Shown here in pieces: positions 21,974 through 33,100 of a stretch of 64,000 nt of DNA. Source of the DNA: an uncultured cyanobacterium (GTDB lineage: Bacteria; Cyanobacteriota; Cyanobacteriia; Cyanobacteriales; CAWCAG01); contig CAWCAG010000005.1 of NCBI GenBank assembly GCA_963793425.1, positions 1,792,001 through 1,856,000 on the forward strand, written 5' to 3'. A model generated the notes under the pieces. The model saw nothing but the letters and a program-made list of their open reading frames with translations. It was not told the DNA's origin and did not search any database. Position numbers and translations under genes: made by a program. Each line of letters starts with the position of its first letter. Position 1 is the stretch's first letter.

Positions 21974-23005
21974 TTAGTAAATTGGCATTAATTGTTCAGA
22001 AAAAAGGCAATTTCTGCCTTGTTCTTTTGCTTTATAAAGTGCTTTGTCTGCCGTACTTATTAAGTTCTTAACTGTTAAACCAGCTTGAGGTGTTATAGTT
22101 GTTACACCGAGACTGATGGTAACAAACTGGCTTACTTGAGATTGAGCATGGAGAATTTTTAAGCTGAATATTTCCTTTTGTATTTGTGTTGCCATCTTCA
22201 TAGCTTGTTCAATATTTGTATCAGGAAGAATAGCTGCAAATTCTTCCCCTCCATAACGAGCCACTCTTCCCCAAGAAACATCAGCCTTTTCTATCATTGA
22301 ACTGAGGCAACTAGCTATTCGGCGTAAACAATCATCTCCTTTTAGATGTCCGTAGGTATCGTTATAGGCTTTAAAATAGTCTACGTCACATAAAATCAAA
22401 GAAAGAGGTGAACTTTTGCACAAATGCCTTTGCCATTCTAGATTAAGATGAATATCAAAACTACGGCGATTAAGAATTTCTGTTAATCCATCTAAATTAG
22501 CAAGGCGTTCTAGTTCTCTATTTGCAGCAACTAAAGCTTCTTCTGTTCGTAAGCGTCCCTCTATTTCTTGTTCTAAAAGTAGGTTTTTCTCCTGTAATTT
22601 TCTAGCTAGTCTTTGTTGATTTAACTGATTTTCAACCCTAGCTAATACTTCTTCTAAATGAAAAGGTTTAGTAATATAATCTGCGCCACCAATTTTGAAA
22701 GCTTTGACCTTATCTAGGGTGCGATCAAGAGCGCTAATAAAAATAATTGGTATTCGACTAGTTTTGGTTTGTTTTTTTAATTCTTCACATACCTGATAAC
22801 CATTCATAATCGGCATATTGATATCCAGCAAAATCAAATCAGGAGGAGCAACCTGCGCCCCTTTGATAGCAAATTTACCATCAAGAGATTTTTTGACTTT
22901 GTACCCCTGTGCTTCTAACATTGTTGATAAAAGTCTGAGATTATCAGGTTTATCGTCCACAATTAAGATACTTTCTTTTGGGCTTGCCAGGTTGGTCTTG
23001 GTCAT
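21974..23005 (-). CDS. REC-GGDEF diguanylate cyclase
   Basis: Receiver domain (VDD, LLDINMP, KPF), DGLT, DVDYFKAYNDTYGH, RYGGEEF. Confidence 0.93.
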   Translation of the reverse strand: MTKTNLASPKESILIVDDKPDNLRLLSTMLEAQGYKVKKSLDGKFAIKGAQVAPPDLILLDINMPIMNGYQVCEELKKQTKTSRIPIIFISALDRTLDKVKAFKIGGADYITKPFHLEEVLARVENQLNQQRLARKLQEKNLLLEQEIEGRLRTEEALVAANRELERLANLDGLTEILNRRSFDIHLNLEWQRHLCKSSPLSLILCDVDYFKAYNDTYGHLKGDDCLRRIASCLSSMIEKADVSWGRVARYGGEEFAAILPDTNIEQAMKMATQIQKEIFSLKILHAQSQVSQFVTISLGVTTITPQAGLTVKNLISTADKALYKAKEQGRNCLFSEQLMPIY

Positions 23006-23260
23006 TCAGCTTTTACCATTACTTGGGGGTATTTTAATATTTCCTTATTACGATGGCTTTTACCCTGATTCAGTAGATTAGATTATTATATCTAATTGGA
23101 AGTTGTTAATTTGAGTCTGTCAAGCTCTCTAACAAGATTAACTTCTGATGACGAAATTATCTCAATCAATTGCTAGAAACGATGCTAAAGTTTTACGGAG
23201 CATTTGAAATTACTATAGTAAAAAATATTTCTGATTGGGGAAACTGGGTAAAACTAAAAA

Positions 23261-23662
23261 ATGATTAAAGAAAAATCAATCTTTCCTGGGCAAAAAACTA
23301 AAGCAATACTGCAGGTTATTCTTGCTGTTGGTATTATAGTTCCAGGAATACTTCACTTCTTGCTCCCCGAACCTTTTGTCAAGATTGTGCCAGAAATCTT
23401 ACCCTTCCCTTTGGCACTAGTTTATGTTACTGGAATCTGGGAGATCCTCGCTGGTATTGGCTTATTAATACCTTCAGTAAGTCGCAGCGCGGCTTGGAGT
23501 TTAGTCATCTTACTAGTTGCTGTATATCCTGCTAACATCAATATGGCAATTAATGATATTAGTCTTGGTGGCGTATCAGATTCATCTTGGTTTCATGCTA
23601 TTAGATTACCTCTACAATTTGTCCTCATCGCTTGGGCATATTGGTACACAAAAAAATCATGA
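23261..23662 (+). CDS. DoxX-like membrane protein
   Basis: G..HF..P..F..IVP, YPANINMA, RLPLQ motifs; hydrophobic segments. Confidence 0.8.
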   Translation: MIKEKSIFPGQKTKAILQVILAVGIIVPGILHFLLPEPFVKIVPEILPFPLALVYVTGIWEILAGIGLLIPSVSRSAAWSLVILLVAVYPANINMAINDISLGGVSDSSWFHAIRLPLQFVLIAWAYWYTKKS

Positions 23663-24624
23663 AAGCATTAGTTACAGGGGCAAGCGGTTTCACAGGTTCT
23701 CACTTAGTTCGAGCTTTGGAACAAAGAGGAGATCAAGTTGTTGGTTTAGTGCGGCAATCTAGTAACTTAGAACCTTTGGCAGAAAACAATCTTAAACTGG
23801 TTTATGGCGATATCACTAATGGAGATGTCTTACAAACGGCCATGGCTGGGGTTGACATAGTTTTTCATGTTGCTGCCTATGTAGACTTGGGTATAGTTGA
23901 CGCTGAAGAAATGTTTAGGGTAAATGTCGAAGGGACTCGTACAGTTTTAGAGGTAGCCCGCGCAGTAGGTATTAAAAAGCTAGTTTATTGCAGCACTATT
24001 GGTATTTACGGCGATAGCAAGGGAAAAGTTGTTAACGAAACCTACCAACGTCAACAAAAAGACTTCTCTTCCGCCTATGATCGCAGTAAATATCAAGGAC
24101 AAAAATTAGTAGATCAATCTGCCCAGAAAGGCTTGCCTGTAGTTAGTTTAATGCCTTCGGGTATCTTCGGTTCCGATGATCCTCACTTCGGTCCGGTTTT
24201 AAAGCTTTTTGTCGCTAACAAACTAAAATTATGGGTAGGGGGCGATCGCCTCACAGGTATCGTCCACGTAGATGACTTAGTAGAAGCGATGTTACTAGCC
24301 GCAGAGAAAGCCCCACCAGGAGAACATTACATCATTTCCGCTGGAGAATTAGCAACCAAAGAAATGTTCGCTATCCTTAGCCAAGCAACAGGCATTCCTA
24401 CTCCGAAAGAAGTTCCCCAATCCCTTGCCAGATTAGTAGGAAAATTACTCGATCCCTTGGGAAGATGGTTCAAGTTCAACCCTCCCTTAAGCAAAGAACG
24501 TCTTCATTACGTTTATGATCGTTGCGTCAGGGTAGATAGTAGCAAAGCCCAACAAGAATTAGCTTGGCAACCCCGCTCTCCTGAAGAAGTCTTGAGACAA
24601 ATAGTTAGGGAGTTAGAGAAATAA
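23659..24624 (+). CDS. NAD-dependent epimerase/dehydratase (extended SDR)
   Basis: MKALVTGASGFTG, YDRSK; ATGA overlap with the upstream gene. Confidence 0.9.
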   Translation: MKALVTGASGFTGSHLVRALEQRGDQVVGLVRQSSNLEPLAENNLKLVYGDITNGDVLQTAMAGVDIVFHVAAYVDLGIVDAEEMFRVNVEGTRTVLEVARAVGIKKLVYCSTIGIYGDSKGKVVNETYQRQQKDFSSAYDRSKYQGQKLVDQSAQKGLPVVSLMPSGIFGSDDPHFGPVLKLFVANKLKLWVGGDRLTGIVHVDDLVEAMLLAAEKAPPGEHYIISAGELATKEMFAILSQATGIPTPKEVPQSLARLVGKLLDPLGRWFKFNPPLSKERLHYVYDRCVRVDSSKAQQELAWQPRSPEEVLRQIVRELEK

Positions 24625-24629
24625 ATAAT

Positions 24630-25313
24630 ATGCAGCAAACAGCTTTAAATACCATTGCGATCAGCATCTTTGTGATCACGATGTTTTCTCTGTTGGGGCC
24701 ATTATTTAAAATTTCTCCTGCTGTACCAGCTTTAATTACAGCCGTTATTTTGGGTCTAGGAACCATTGACACTCTTAGTTTACAGGGCAAAGGTTCTACC
24801 TTACTTCTCGACTGGCTAGCCTCTTTTTCTCCTCGCCACCGCGAGAGAATTATTCGCCACGAAGCAGGGCATTTTCTCACTGCCTATTTTTTAGGTATTC
24901 CCATCCTTGGTTACACACTCACCCCTTGGGAAGCTTTGCAGGCAGAGCAGCCTGGTTTAGGAGGAGTTGAGTTTAATACCGAAGAAATATTTGCCCAAAA
25001 AATTCCCACCCAAAATATTCCCTTACTCTTAGAGCGCTTTTGTACTGTTTGGATGGCAGGAATTGCCGCAGAAAAATTAGTTTATGGTAGTGCTGAAGGA
25101 GGGGGAGAAGATAAACAAAAAATCAAAGCAGCTTTAATGGCATTAGGTTATTCAGAAAGCGAGTCCCCGAAAAAACAACAATGGGCTAGTTTACAAGCGC
25201 GAAATTTGCTGCAAAAATATAATTCTTCCTACGAAGCTTTAGTAGAAGCGATGGCGAGAAGAGCTTCCCTTGATGAATGTTATCAAGTAATTCAAAAGCA
25301 GATTGAAAGTTGA
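24630..25313 (+). CDS. membrane-anchored M41-like Zn protease domain protein (no AAA domain)
   Basis: Two TM segments, HEAGH, MAGIAAE, GG.ED. Confidence 0.8.
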   Translation: MQQTALNTIAISIFVITMFSLLGPLFKISPAVPALITAVILGLGTIDTLSLQGKGSTLLLDWLASFSPRHRERIIRHEAGHFLTAYFLGIPILGYTLTPWEALQAEQPGLGGVEFNTEEIFAQKIPTQNIPLLLERFCTVWMAGIAAEKLVYGSAEGGGEDKQKIKAALMALGYSESESPKKQQWASLQARNLLQKYNSSYEALVEAMARRASLDECYQVIQKQIES

Positions 25314-25906
25314 GTTATTATACCAATCCTGCTCTTGTTGCATGACTTATCTGTTAGGGCAGGGAGTAGGGAATAGGAAGTAAGGAGCAGAAAAGAGAAA
25401 ATGCTTAATTTTCAAGCTAAATATACTGTTAAAAAGCACTTTTCAAGGGCGCACCTTTTCCACCATATACATAATATCATCTCAAGGAAGAAAAAAGCAA
25501 AGTCTTTGAGCAAACCCGAAAATTCATAAGTAAAACTGTTATTTCTTTTGCTTGCATAACAATTATTTTAAACAGAAGCAGCTTTTTTGAGGTTTCATGA
25601 AGCTATGTTAACAATGGTTTGACAAGGTATTCAAGGGCTTCCCTTTTGTAATAGGATTGAGAGTGAATTTACAAAAATGATAGAATTGGGTTCTTGTTAA
25701 GACAAAAAACTTTGAACAAAGTAAAACCTCAGTAAAACAAAGCTTTCAGAAAAACTAAACAGCAAGAAAGCAACAAATTTCCTATATTACAACTACCACT
25801 ACAAATACTTCTTTTTTCGTAACAATTAAAGCGCCTCTTGACAAAGTAACAATTTTGTGAAAGAAAACAATATTCAATTAGTTACCCCATCTTCTTATCT
25901 TTCAGA

Positions 25907-26542
25907 TTAAAGTCTCCCCAGTATTGGTATCAACTCTTGCGGAGTATTAATTAAAAAATCTGGAGAGTAGGTTGCGAGTATTTCTTGAGAGTTAAAACCC
26001 CAACTCACAGCAATCATCTTAATACCGCTTTTCTGCGCTGCTTGAACATCCCTAGTTTCATCACCCACATAAAAAACATTATTGGGGGAAAGATGGCGAT
26101 CGCGGATAACTCGATTAATTATTTTATGTTTGCCGAACAAACTTGTACCGTGATATATAAACTCAAACATCTCCTGACAAGAGTTTTTTCCTAAAAAGCC
26201 AACTACATTTTCTTGAACATTAGAAGTGACAATACCTAAATAATGCCCTTGATTTTGCAGTTCTAACAAAGTTTCCGGCATTCCTGTAATTGGAGAGATA
26301 GTCGCTATTTCTTTACCTAACTCAACTTTAGCTTTCCTTAAAAGAAAAGGTATTTTCACTAAGGGAATTTGCGATCGCTTAATTATTTCCCTAGAACTTA
26401 AATGTCTCAATTGAGATACTTCCACCGGAGTGGTAGGTTGATAACCAAATTCTGGGGATAAACGATTTAAAATATTAATGAACGCTTCTTGAGTATCAGC
26501 AATTGTGCCATCGAAATCAAATATAATTACTTTTTGAGTCAT
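25907..26542 (-). CDS. HAD-family hydrolase
   Basis: FDFDGTIAD, VTSN, YVGDETRD. Confidence 0.9.
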   Translation of the reverse strand: MTQKVIIFDFDGTIADTQEAFINILNRLSPEFGYQPTTPVEVSQLRHLSSREIIKRSQIPLVKIPFLLRKAKVELGKEIATISPITGMPETLLELQNQGHYLGIVTSNVQENVVGFLGKNSCQEMFEFIYHGTSLFGKHKIINRVIRDRHLSPNNVFYVGDETRDVQAAQKSGIKMIAVSWGFNSQEILATYSPDFLINTPQELIPILGRL

Positions 26543-26625
26543 TTTATTAGATCAAATATAAAACAAGCTTTTAAATCTCTATATCACCCAGATAACCCCA
26601 ATCAACAAAGTGAACTTTTGCTAGC

Positions 26626-27603
26626 TTATTCACCAACATTTATTGCTGGCATTGTTGGTATATCAGCATAATAATCAGGAGAACGCTTCAAGATTCTTGC
26701 TTTAACTGCTGGTTCAATTTCCGCTAAACACTGCCAAATTTCTTGAATATTTTGTGGTCTTCTTTCTGGGAAAGGAGACATAAGATAATTAATCAACCCT
26801 CCCATCAAAGGAGTGATTTGGGGCGCATGATCGCGCCAAATTAATTTTCCTGATTGCGGATCAACAGGAAAATCCAGGGGATACTGCCCGGTTAACAAAT
26901 AAACAAAGCTGCGTCCTAAAGCAAAAAAATCAGACTGAAGAACAGCCCTTCCTCCAATTTGTTCTGCTGGAGTATAACCGTGGGAAACAAAGCCAGTAAT
27001 TTTATCTGTTGCCAATTTATGAACGTAGGTATCTGTTATTTTTCTCACTCCACCAAAGTCAATCAAAACTAGTTGTCCATTAGGGCGTAACATAATATTA
27101 GAAGGTTTAATATCACGGTGGAAATACCTTTGTTGATGTATTTGTTCAAGAATTTCTAATAACTGATTTAACCAATTAATCGCTAGTTCTTGGGTAATAG
27201 GTTGATTATTTCTTTGCCTTAGCCATTGTTGTAAATTTACTCCCTCAATTTTTTCCATGATTAAGCAATGCAAAGGTTTATCGCTATTGTTAGGAAACAA
27301 AACAAAGTAGCTGTCTTTTTCTACTTTAGGGATACCTGCATGACGTAAAGTACCCAAAACCTCAGCTTCTCTCCTAAAAAGAGTCACTAACTTAGTTTTG
27401 TTTTTCAGTAAAACCTTAAGAACCTTATTTTCCGTACCGTTAGTAATTTCAAAAGTTCTCCCAAAACCTCCTTTGTTGAGAGGTTGAATAACTTTATATT
27501 TTTCTTGAAGCAATAATAAAGAACCACAATGACGGCAGAATTTATTATTTCTATTCAGAGAATCGTGAGGAAGTTTACATTTAGGATTGAGACAATAACT
27601 CAT
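26626..27603 (-). CDS. Ser/Thr protein kinase with N-terminal 4-Cys prefix
   Basis: YCLNPKC...FCRHCG; GGFG, HRDIKPSN, DFG, YTPAEQ. Confidence 0.92.
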   Translation of the reverse strand: MSYCLNPKCKLPHDSLNRNNKFCRHCGSLLLLQEKYKVIQPLNKGGFGRTFEITNGTENKVLKVLLKNKTKLVTLFRREAEVLGTLRHAGIPKVEKDSYFVLFPNNSDKPLHCLIMEKIEGVNLQQWLRQRNNQPITQELAINWLNQLLEILEQIHQQRYFHRDIKPSNIMLRPNGQLVLIDFGGVRKITDTYVHKLATDKITGFVSHGYTPAEQIGGRAVLQSDFFALGRSFVYLLTGQYPLDFPVDPQSGKLIWRDHAPQITPLMGGLINYLMSPFPERRPQNIQEIWQCLAEIEPAVKARILKRSPDYYADIPTMPAINVGE

Positions 27604-27688
27604 ATAGTTGCTAATAGCTAAATAGCTAATCCCTAATTGCTGAACAAAAGGGCTGAAAAAATGCTATACATATACTTATTTAAGCGTA

Positions 27689-28738
27689 ATGGCCCAAACT
27701 AGAGCAGTTATTTGTGGATATTATGGCAAAGGCAATGGTGGTGACGAAGCCTTACTTGTATCATTGCTACAAATGTTACCGAAACAAGTAAAACCTCTGG
27801 TACTTTCGGGAAACCCTGGACAAACGCAAAAGCGTTATGGAGTAGAAAGTTGTGATCGCAAATCGGCTTTCTCGGTTTTAAAAGCTTTACAAAGTTCAGA
27901 CTACTTCATCTGGGGGGGCGGTAGTTTGATGCAAGATGCAACTAGCCGTATCAGTCCTCTCTATTACGGTGGCTTAATGGCTTTAGCCCAGCAACTAGGC
28001 TTAAAGACTATTGCCTGGGCCCAAGGAATAGGGCCTTTAAACCATAAATTAAGCCGTTCTGTAACTCGACGAGTCCTAGAAAATTGCGTCGCTGTTAGTG
28101 TCCGGGATGGTGCTTCTGCTCAGCTAATGAAAGATTGGCAAATTCGGAGTATCATGGCTCCTGATCCTGTCTGGGCTTTACAAGGGCAACCTGTTCCAGG
28201 GCTATGGGATTTACCAGCCCCTAGAGTCGCAGTAACCCTACGTCCCCATCAACAATTAACTTCTCAAGTTCTTGCTAACTTAACCAAAGCACTACAACAA
28301 TTCCAAGCAGCTACTAACACCTGTATTTTACTTATTCCTTTTCAAGCTTCTCAAGATGGAGCGATCGCCCTATCCATCGCCAACCAACTACAAGGGCCCC
28401 ATAAAATTATTTCCCTAGAAGATCCCAGACAACTAAAAAGCGTTTTTCGGGGAGTGGAAATGGTCATCGGTATGCGCTACCATAGCCTCATTATGGGAGC
28501 AGGGGAAGAATGCCGTTGCTTTGCCCTCAGCTATGATCCCAAGGTCAGCCTTTTGATGGCACAATTAAATTTACCAGGCTGGGAATTAGCAGCCATGCCA
28601 GAAGAGCCTAATTTAATCAGCCAGGCGTGGATTGAGCAATATGCCAACGGTGAAGCTCTTAACAAAGCTCAAATTCAATCTCTAGTAGACCGCGCTTTAA
28701 TGCACCAAGAAATTTTAAGAACGGAAATAACTAATTAG
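27689..28738 (+). CDS. csaB: polysaccharide pyruvyl transferase
   Basis: GYYGKGNGGDEA, GGGSLMQD, VSVRD, GMRYH, SYDPKV. Confidence 0.88.
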   Translation: MAQTRAVICGYYGKGNGGDEALLVSLLQMLPKQVKPLVLSGNPGQTQKRYGVESCDRKSAFSVLKALQSSDYFIWGGGSLMQDATSRISPLYYGGLMALAQQLGLKTIAWAQGIGPLNHKLSRSVTRRVLENCVAVSVRDGASAQLMKDWQIRSIMAPDPVWALQGQPVPGLWDLPAPRVAVTLRPHQQLTSQVLANLTKALQQFQAATNTCILLIPFQASQDGAIALSIANQLQGPHKIISLEDPRQLKSVFRGVEMVIGMRYHSLIMGAGEECRCFALSYDPKVSLLMAQLNLPGWELAAMPEEPNLISQAWIEQYANGEALNKAQIQSLVDRALMHQEILRTEITN

Positions 28739-28905
28739 CATGACTTGCCTTCACTTTAGGCATCAATGCTTAATTGATCATTGAAAAAAATCCACCCCTA
28801 ACCTGGAATTATATATCTAAGGATCTTATCATTGGGCAATGGCTAATGGTACAAATAAAAGATATCTAATGGTGAGGGTTTCTCACCTCCAGCCCTAAAA
28901 TAGCT

Positions 28906-30084
28906 ATGAGTGAAGCCGATCTCCCTAACAATTCTCCCCAAGAACCCCTTCATCCTCTCCCAGAGGATGAAACTCTCCAGTCATCCACTGAAGCTATTCA
29001 GGAGGAAAACGAATCTGTTTATTCAGAAGAAACTGACCTAACGGTAGACTTCAGTGAAAGCAATGCTATTAGTGAAGAAGAAAACTTTGCTTTAAGTAGC
29101 AAACTGCGCCAGCGTAACCGCGTCTTGCTCAAGAAAGTAGCCACATTGGAAAGAACCTTAGCAGAAGCCCAGGAAGCTCTACAAGCCCAGGAAATGCGGA
29201 CGAGGGGAAACGACAACCTCCTAGCTCAACAAGCTGAGGAATTTAGCGCTACCCAAGAGCAACTAACTCGTTTATTTCGTGAGTTAGAATCTTCCCACCA
29301 AACTGCTCAACGCCAACAAATCTTAATAGAAACCCTTTCCCAACAACTAGAAAGCGCTCAAGAACGCATCAATCAACTAGAACAAGAATATACTTCCCTT
29401 CAGAAACGTAATCAGACAAAAGCCAAACAACTCCTGCAACAAGAGCAACAAAATCAAGAACTGCGTTCTCGCCTTCAACGACAGCAGCGCCGTGCTATTC
29501 AATTCAAAACTGCGTTAGATAAATGTTTGGATGTTCCCAATAGTTCTTCACCAGACAGTGGAGAAATTGAACCAACGCCAACACAAATACCAACACCAAC
29601 CCTAAGCCAAAATAAAGAAGAAACCTTCTTTCCTAAAGCTTCTCCTATTCAACCTTGGTCTGCTCAACTAGAACAAGACAGCCCTCCCACTTCAGAATGG
29701 TTGAAAGATTTGGAGCAGACTGAAAAACCAGATCAGAAAAACGATAACAACCCCAAGATAGTACCTTTAAACCTTGTTACTACCCAAGAAGAAGAAGAGG
29801 AAGTAGAAATGCCAGAAACTGAGATAGAAACCATGACCTGGCAGCCAGAATTAGTCCTCAGTTTAGAGGAAGAAGGGGGAGGAAATATAGAGATTGAAGT
29901 TGTCTCCGAACCAGTTGTTCAAGAAGAGGGGAAAGGTAGGGAGAATGAGGAAGAAGAGGAAGAGGAAGAGGCTTTATTTAATTCCTCAAGCTGGCCCTCC
30001 CCCATCCTTTATCCTCTGCGTCCCCACAAAAAGCGTAAGTCTCTCGCTGCTATAGAATTGCCTGATTTCCCCCGCTATACGTGA
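28906..30084 (+). CDS. coiled-coil hypothetical protein
   Basis: Long Q/E-rich coiled coil, QFKTALDKCL, IQPWS, C-terminal WPSP..YP.RP.KKRKSLAA.ELP.F. Confidence 0.8.
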   Translation: MSEADLPNNSPQEPLHPLPEDETLQSSTEAIQEENESVYSEETDLTVDFSESNAISEEENFALSSKLRQRNRVLLKKVATLERTLAEAQEALQAQEMRTRGNDNLLAQQAEEFSATQEQLTRLFRELESSHQTAQRQQILIETLSQQLESAQERINQLEQEYTSLQKRNQTKAKQLLQQEQQNQELRSRLQRQQRRAIQFKTALDKCLDVPNSSSPDSGEIEPTPTQIPTPTLSQNKEETFFPKASPIQPWSAQLEQDSPPTSEWLKDLEQTEKPDQKNDNNPKIVPLNLVTTQEEEEEVEMPETEIETMTWQPELVLSLEEEGGGNIEIEVVSEPVVQEEGKGRENEEEEEEEEALFNSSSWPSPILYPLRPHKKRKSLAAIELPDFPRYT

Positions 30085-30166
30085 GTAGGGAGAGTAGGTA
30101 ACACCAAAAGATTGTACGGATCATTTCACGAAGTTAATAATTCAGTCGTTCAAGTATCATGAGAGC

Positions 30167-33100
30167 TTAAAATTCAAAAAAACCTCCAACTATTCCTTCT
30201 GCAACACCTCCAACTATCCCTTCTGCAACTCCCTCAGCTATTCCTCCTATTACTCCACCAACTAATTCTTCTGTAATAGCGTCAAATGTAGCAGTTGGTA
30301 TTAAGTCAATATCTCCAAAATCAATATCTATAAACCCTCCACCTTGTTCGCCACTGAAAATATCTTCAAACCATTGCAATGAATTTTGTAATAGCAAGCC
30401 ATTGCTTCCGCCACCACCCCCAGATGAAGGTACACCTTCAGTGGAGTTACTGGATCTTCTGGCTACTGTATTTCCTTGAATTTCCTCTGAATCAGATGAG
30501 TTTTCTAAAGGTACGGGTTGATACGATTCATCTACAGGAGAAGCAGTTATATATTTCAGTTTTATCAACTCCCTAATAAGAGTAATAAGGTCTTCCTCAC
30601 GTTTTTTAGAAGAGCGCTCACTATCTTCCCGATCAGGTTCGTTATGATCTGGAGATTTCGGCTCTTGATTTTTAGCCCCATTAGGCTTGTCTTCATCTTC
30701 AGATGTTAGTTCATCAATAATTCTTCTGTAATAAGCTGACGTAATACCAACTCCAGCACCAAAACCAACACTTCCAACTACAAAAATACCAACACCAACT
30801 ATACGACCATTCAAATGACCGTCAACAATTAACCAACCAAGACGCTTCCTAAGCTTTCTGTATTCTTCGTCAGAAGAGAGCAAAGATTGAAAGTCTTGTA
30901 TACTGATCTCACTAAGCTTGGTCAATATCAGAGAACTTTGCTCTGATGAAATTGATAGTTTTTCATCTTCTAAAGATAACTTAACTACCTGAATAGCAAG
31001 ACTTTTTCTTACTTCTGGATTTGCTTTAGGTGCAATTTGATTAATAACTTTTTCTAGTAGAGATTCAACTTCTTTACTACTTATTGAGTAATTACATTCA
31101 ATAAATATCTGTTCAATAATTTGATTTATTTTCTCAATAAAAACACTATCAGCAGTCACATTTTTGAGAACAACTTGTTCAGCAGTTATTATTTCCTCTT
31201 CGCTCCCTTGAATATTTTCTCCTGATTGAATATAGTTCTCTTGAACTGACTTCTGTTTAATTGTTTGGGAGAGGTTAGTAATATATAAATTCTCAACCTT
31301 ACTATCATCTAAAACAACTTGTAATACTTGAATATTCTGTTCTCTTAATTCATCTTTTACTTGATTAATATAATTCTTATCGCCTATAGACCAAAGAAGT
31401 TGATAAGCTCTCTGTAAATATTCTTGTGCTTCCTTTTTTTGACCCGTTCCTATCCTAAGTAAAGCTTTACCTTTCAAGAAATAACCATAGTAAGCAGCTA
31501 GAAATGGATTATTCATTTTGCCATATAGCTTTAGGCACTGCTCACTCACATCCAAAGCCCTTGCGTATCGTCCTTGAGTCAGCAAAATAGAACCTAAGAA
31601 ACCTAAACAAATTGCTGTACCATGTGGATCTTCAAGCTCTCTCATTTTTGAATAAGCTTGACGAAGTGATTGACCTGCTTTCTTGTATTGACCTAGTTTT
31701 GCATTAGCTTCACCAAAATCAGATAAAGTATATGCTTCTCCAGAACGATCTTTAAGTTTTCTGAAAATAGCTAATGCTTGTTCGTAGAATTCTATCGCTT
31801 GAGCATAATTTTCTAGTTGTTTATGTCCATTTCCAATAGACTGCAAACAATAAGCTTTTGAAGATATATCATCTAAATCTTCACAAATATCTAGTGCCTG
31901 TTCATATGCTTCAATAGATTTTCTAAATTGACTTAAGGAAAGATATACACTTCCTAGCCCTCTTAATATTCTACTTTCTGCACTGCGATTACCAAGTTTT
32001 CGATAGATGTTTAGAGCTTTGGTGTAAAATTCAATAGCCTCATGAAAATGACTAATTTTATCATAGTCCATGAGCTAGATTGAACAAAACCTCTACTTCT
32101 TGAGACTCATCTTTCAGCTCTTCAAAAATTGGTAAACATAGTTCATAATAGTGAACAGATTGTTTGTATTGGTAAGTACACTGATAAGACTCTCCTAGAC
32201 TTTTCAGTGCATAAACTTCCTCAGATAAATTGTTTATCTCTTTAGCGATGTTAAGTTGTAGTTGCCGATATTCTAATGCTTTGACATAATTCTTCTGCCT
32301 ATACAAACAGGCTCCTAGCCATCCTAAAGCATTGCATTCTCTTTCTCTATTGCTAATCTTCCTAGCAAGATTTAATTGATATTCAAAATATGTTATGGCT
32401 TTTTTGTACTTCTGAGAATAAAATTGAGCTATTCCAATACTCATTAGAGCAAAACATTGAGCCGGAAAATCATCAATATTTTGAGCTATTGACAAACGTT
32501 GCTGATGACAATTTATAGATTGCTTATATTGCTCTATTAATCTGTAACTTTCACCTAAGTAACCAAGAGCATTGATTTCCTGAACAGAATCTCCAGTTTG
32601 TTTACAAAAATTTAACCAAGCTTCAAAAGTTTCTATCGACCGTTGATATTGTTGTGAAGCTTGATAACTACGGCCTAGCCATTCTAAGATACTTTTTTCT
32701 CCAGAGGTTTCTTGTGTTTCTCGTTTAATTTCTAATGCCTGTTGGTAAAATTCAGCAGCTTTTAAATACTGCTTTAAGCCAAAGTATCCACCAGCTATAC
32801 TTTGCAAAGCCTGACCTTCATCTACTTGATTGCCAAACTCTCTAGTTATAGCTAACCATAGTAAGTAAACTTCAATAGAGCTTTGATATTCTCCTAAAGA
32901 ATGCTTATTAAAACCTAAGCATCCTAAAGTATAGGCTTCACCAGCCTTGTCATTTAATTCTCTTACTACTGGGAGTCTTTGTTCATAAAACTCAGTAGCA
33001 TTCCGATATTGACCAAGAGTAGTATAGCTATCCCCCAAAGCGCATAGAGAATTAGATTCCCAAATACGATTATTAACCTCACGACTAATTACTAGCCATT

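Noticed and set aside
25430..25670. CRISPR leader- or repeat-like words (GGTGCGCCCTTGAAAA on the minus strand; ATAGGATTGAGAG)
   Set aside because: No repeat-spacer periodicity and no cas genes in the window.
31463..31486. GYFLKGKA in the TPR protein as a possible Walker A motif
   Set aside because: Lacks S/T after GK, lies within a TPR helix and has no Walker B or NB-ARC context.
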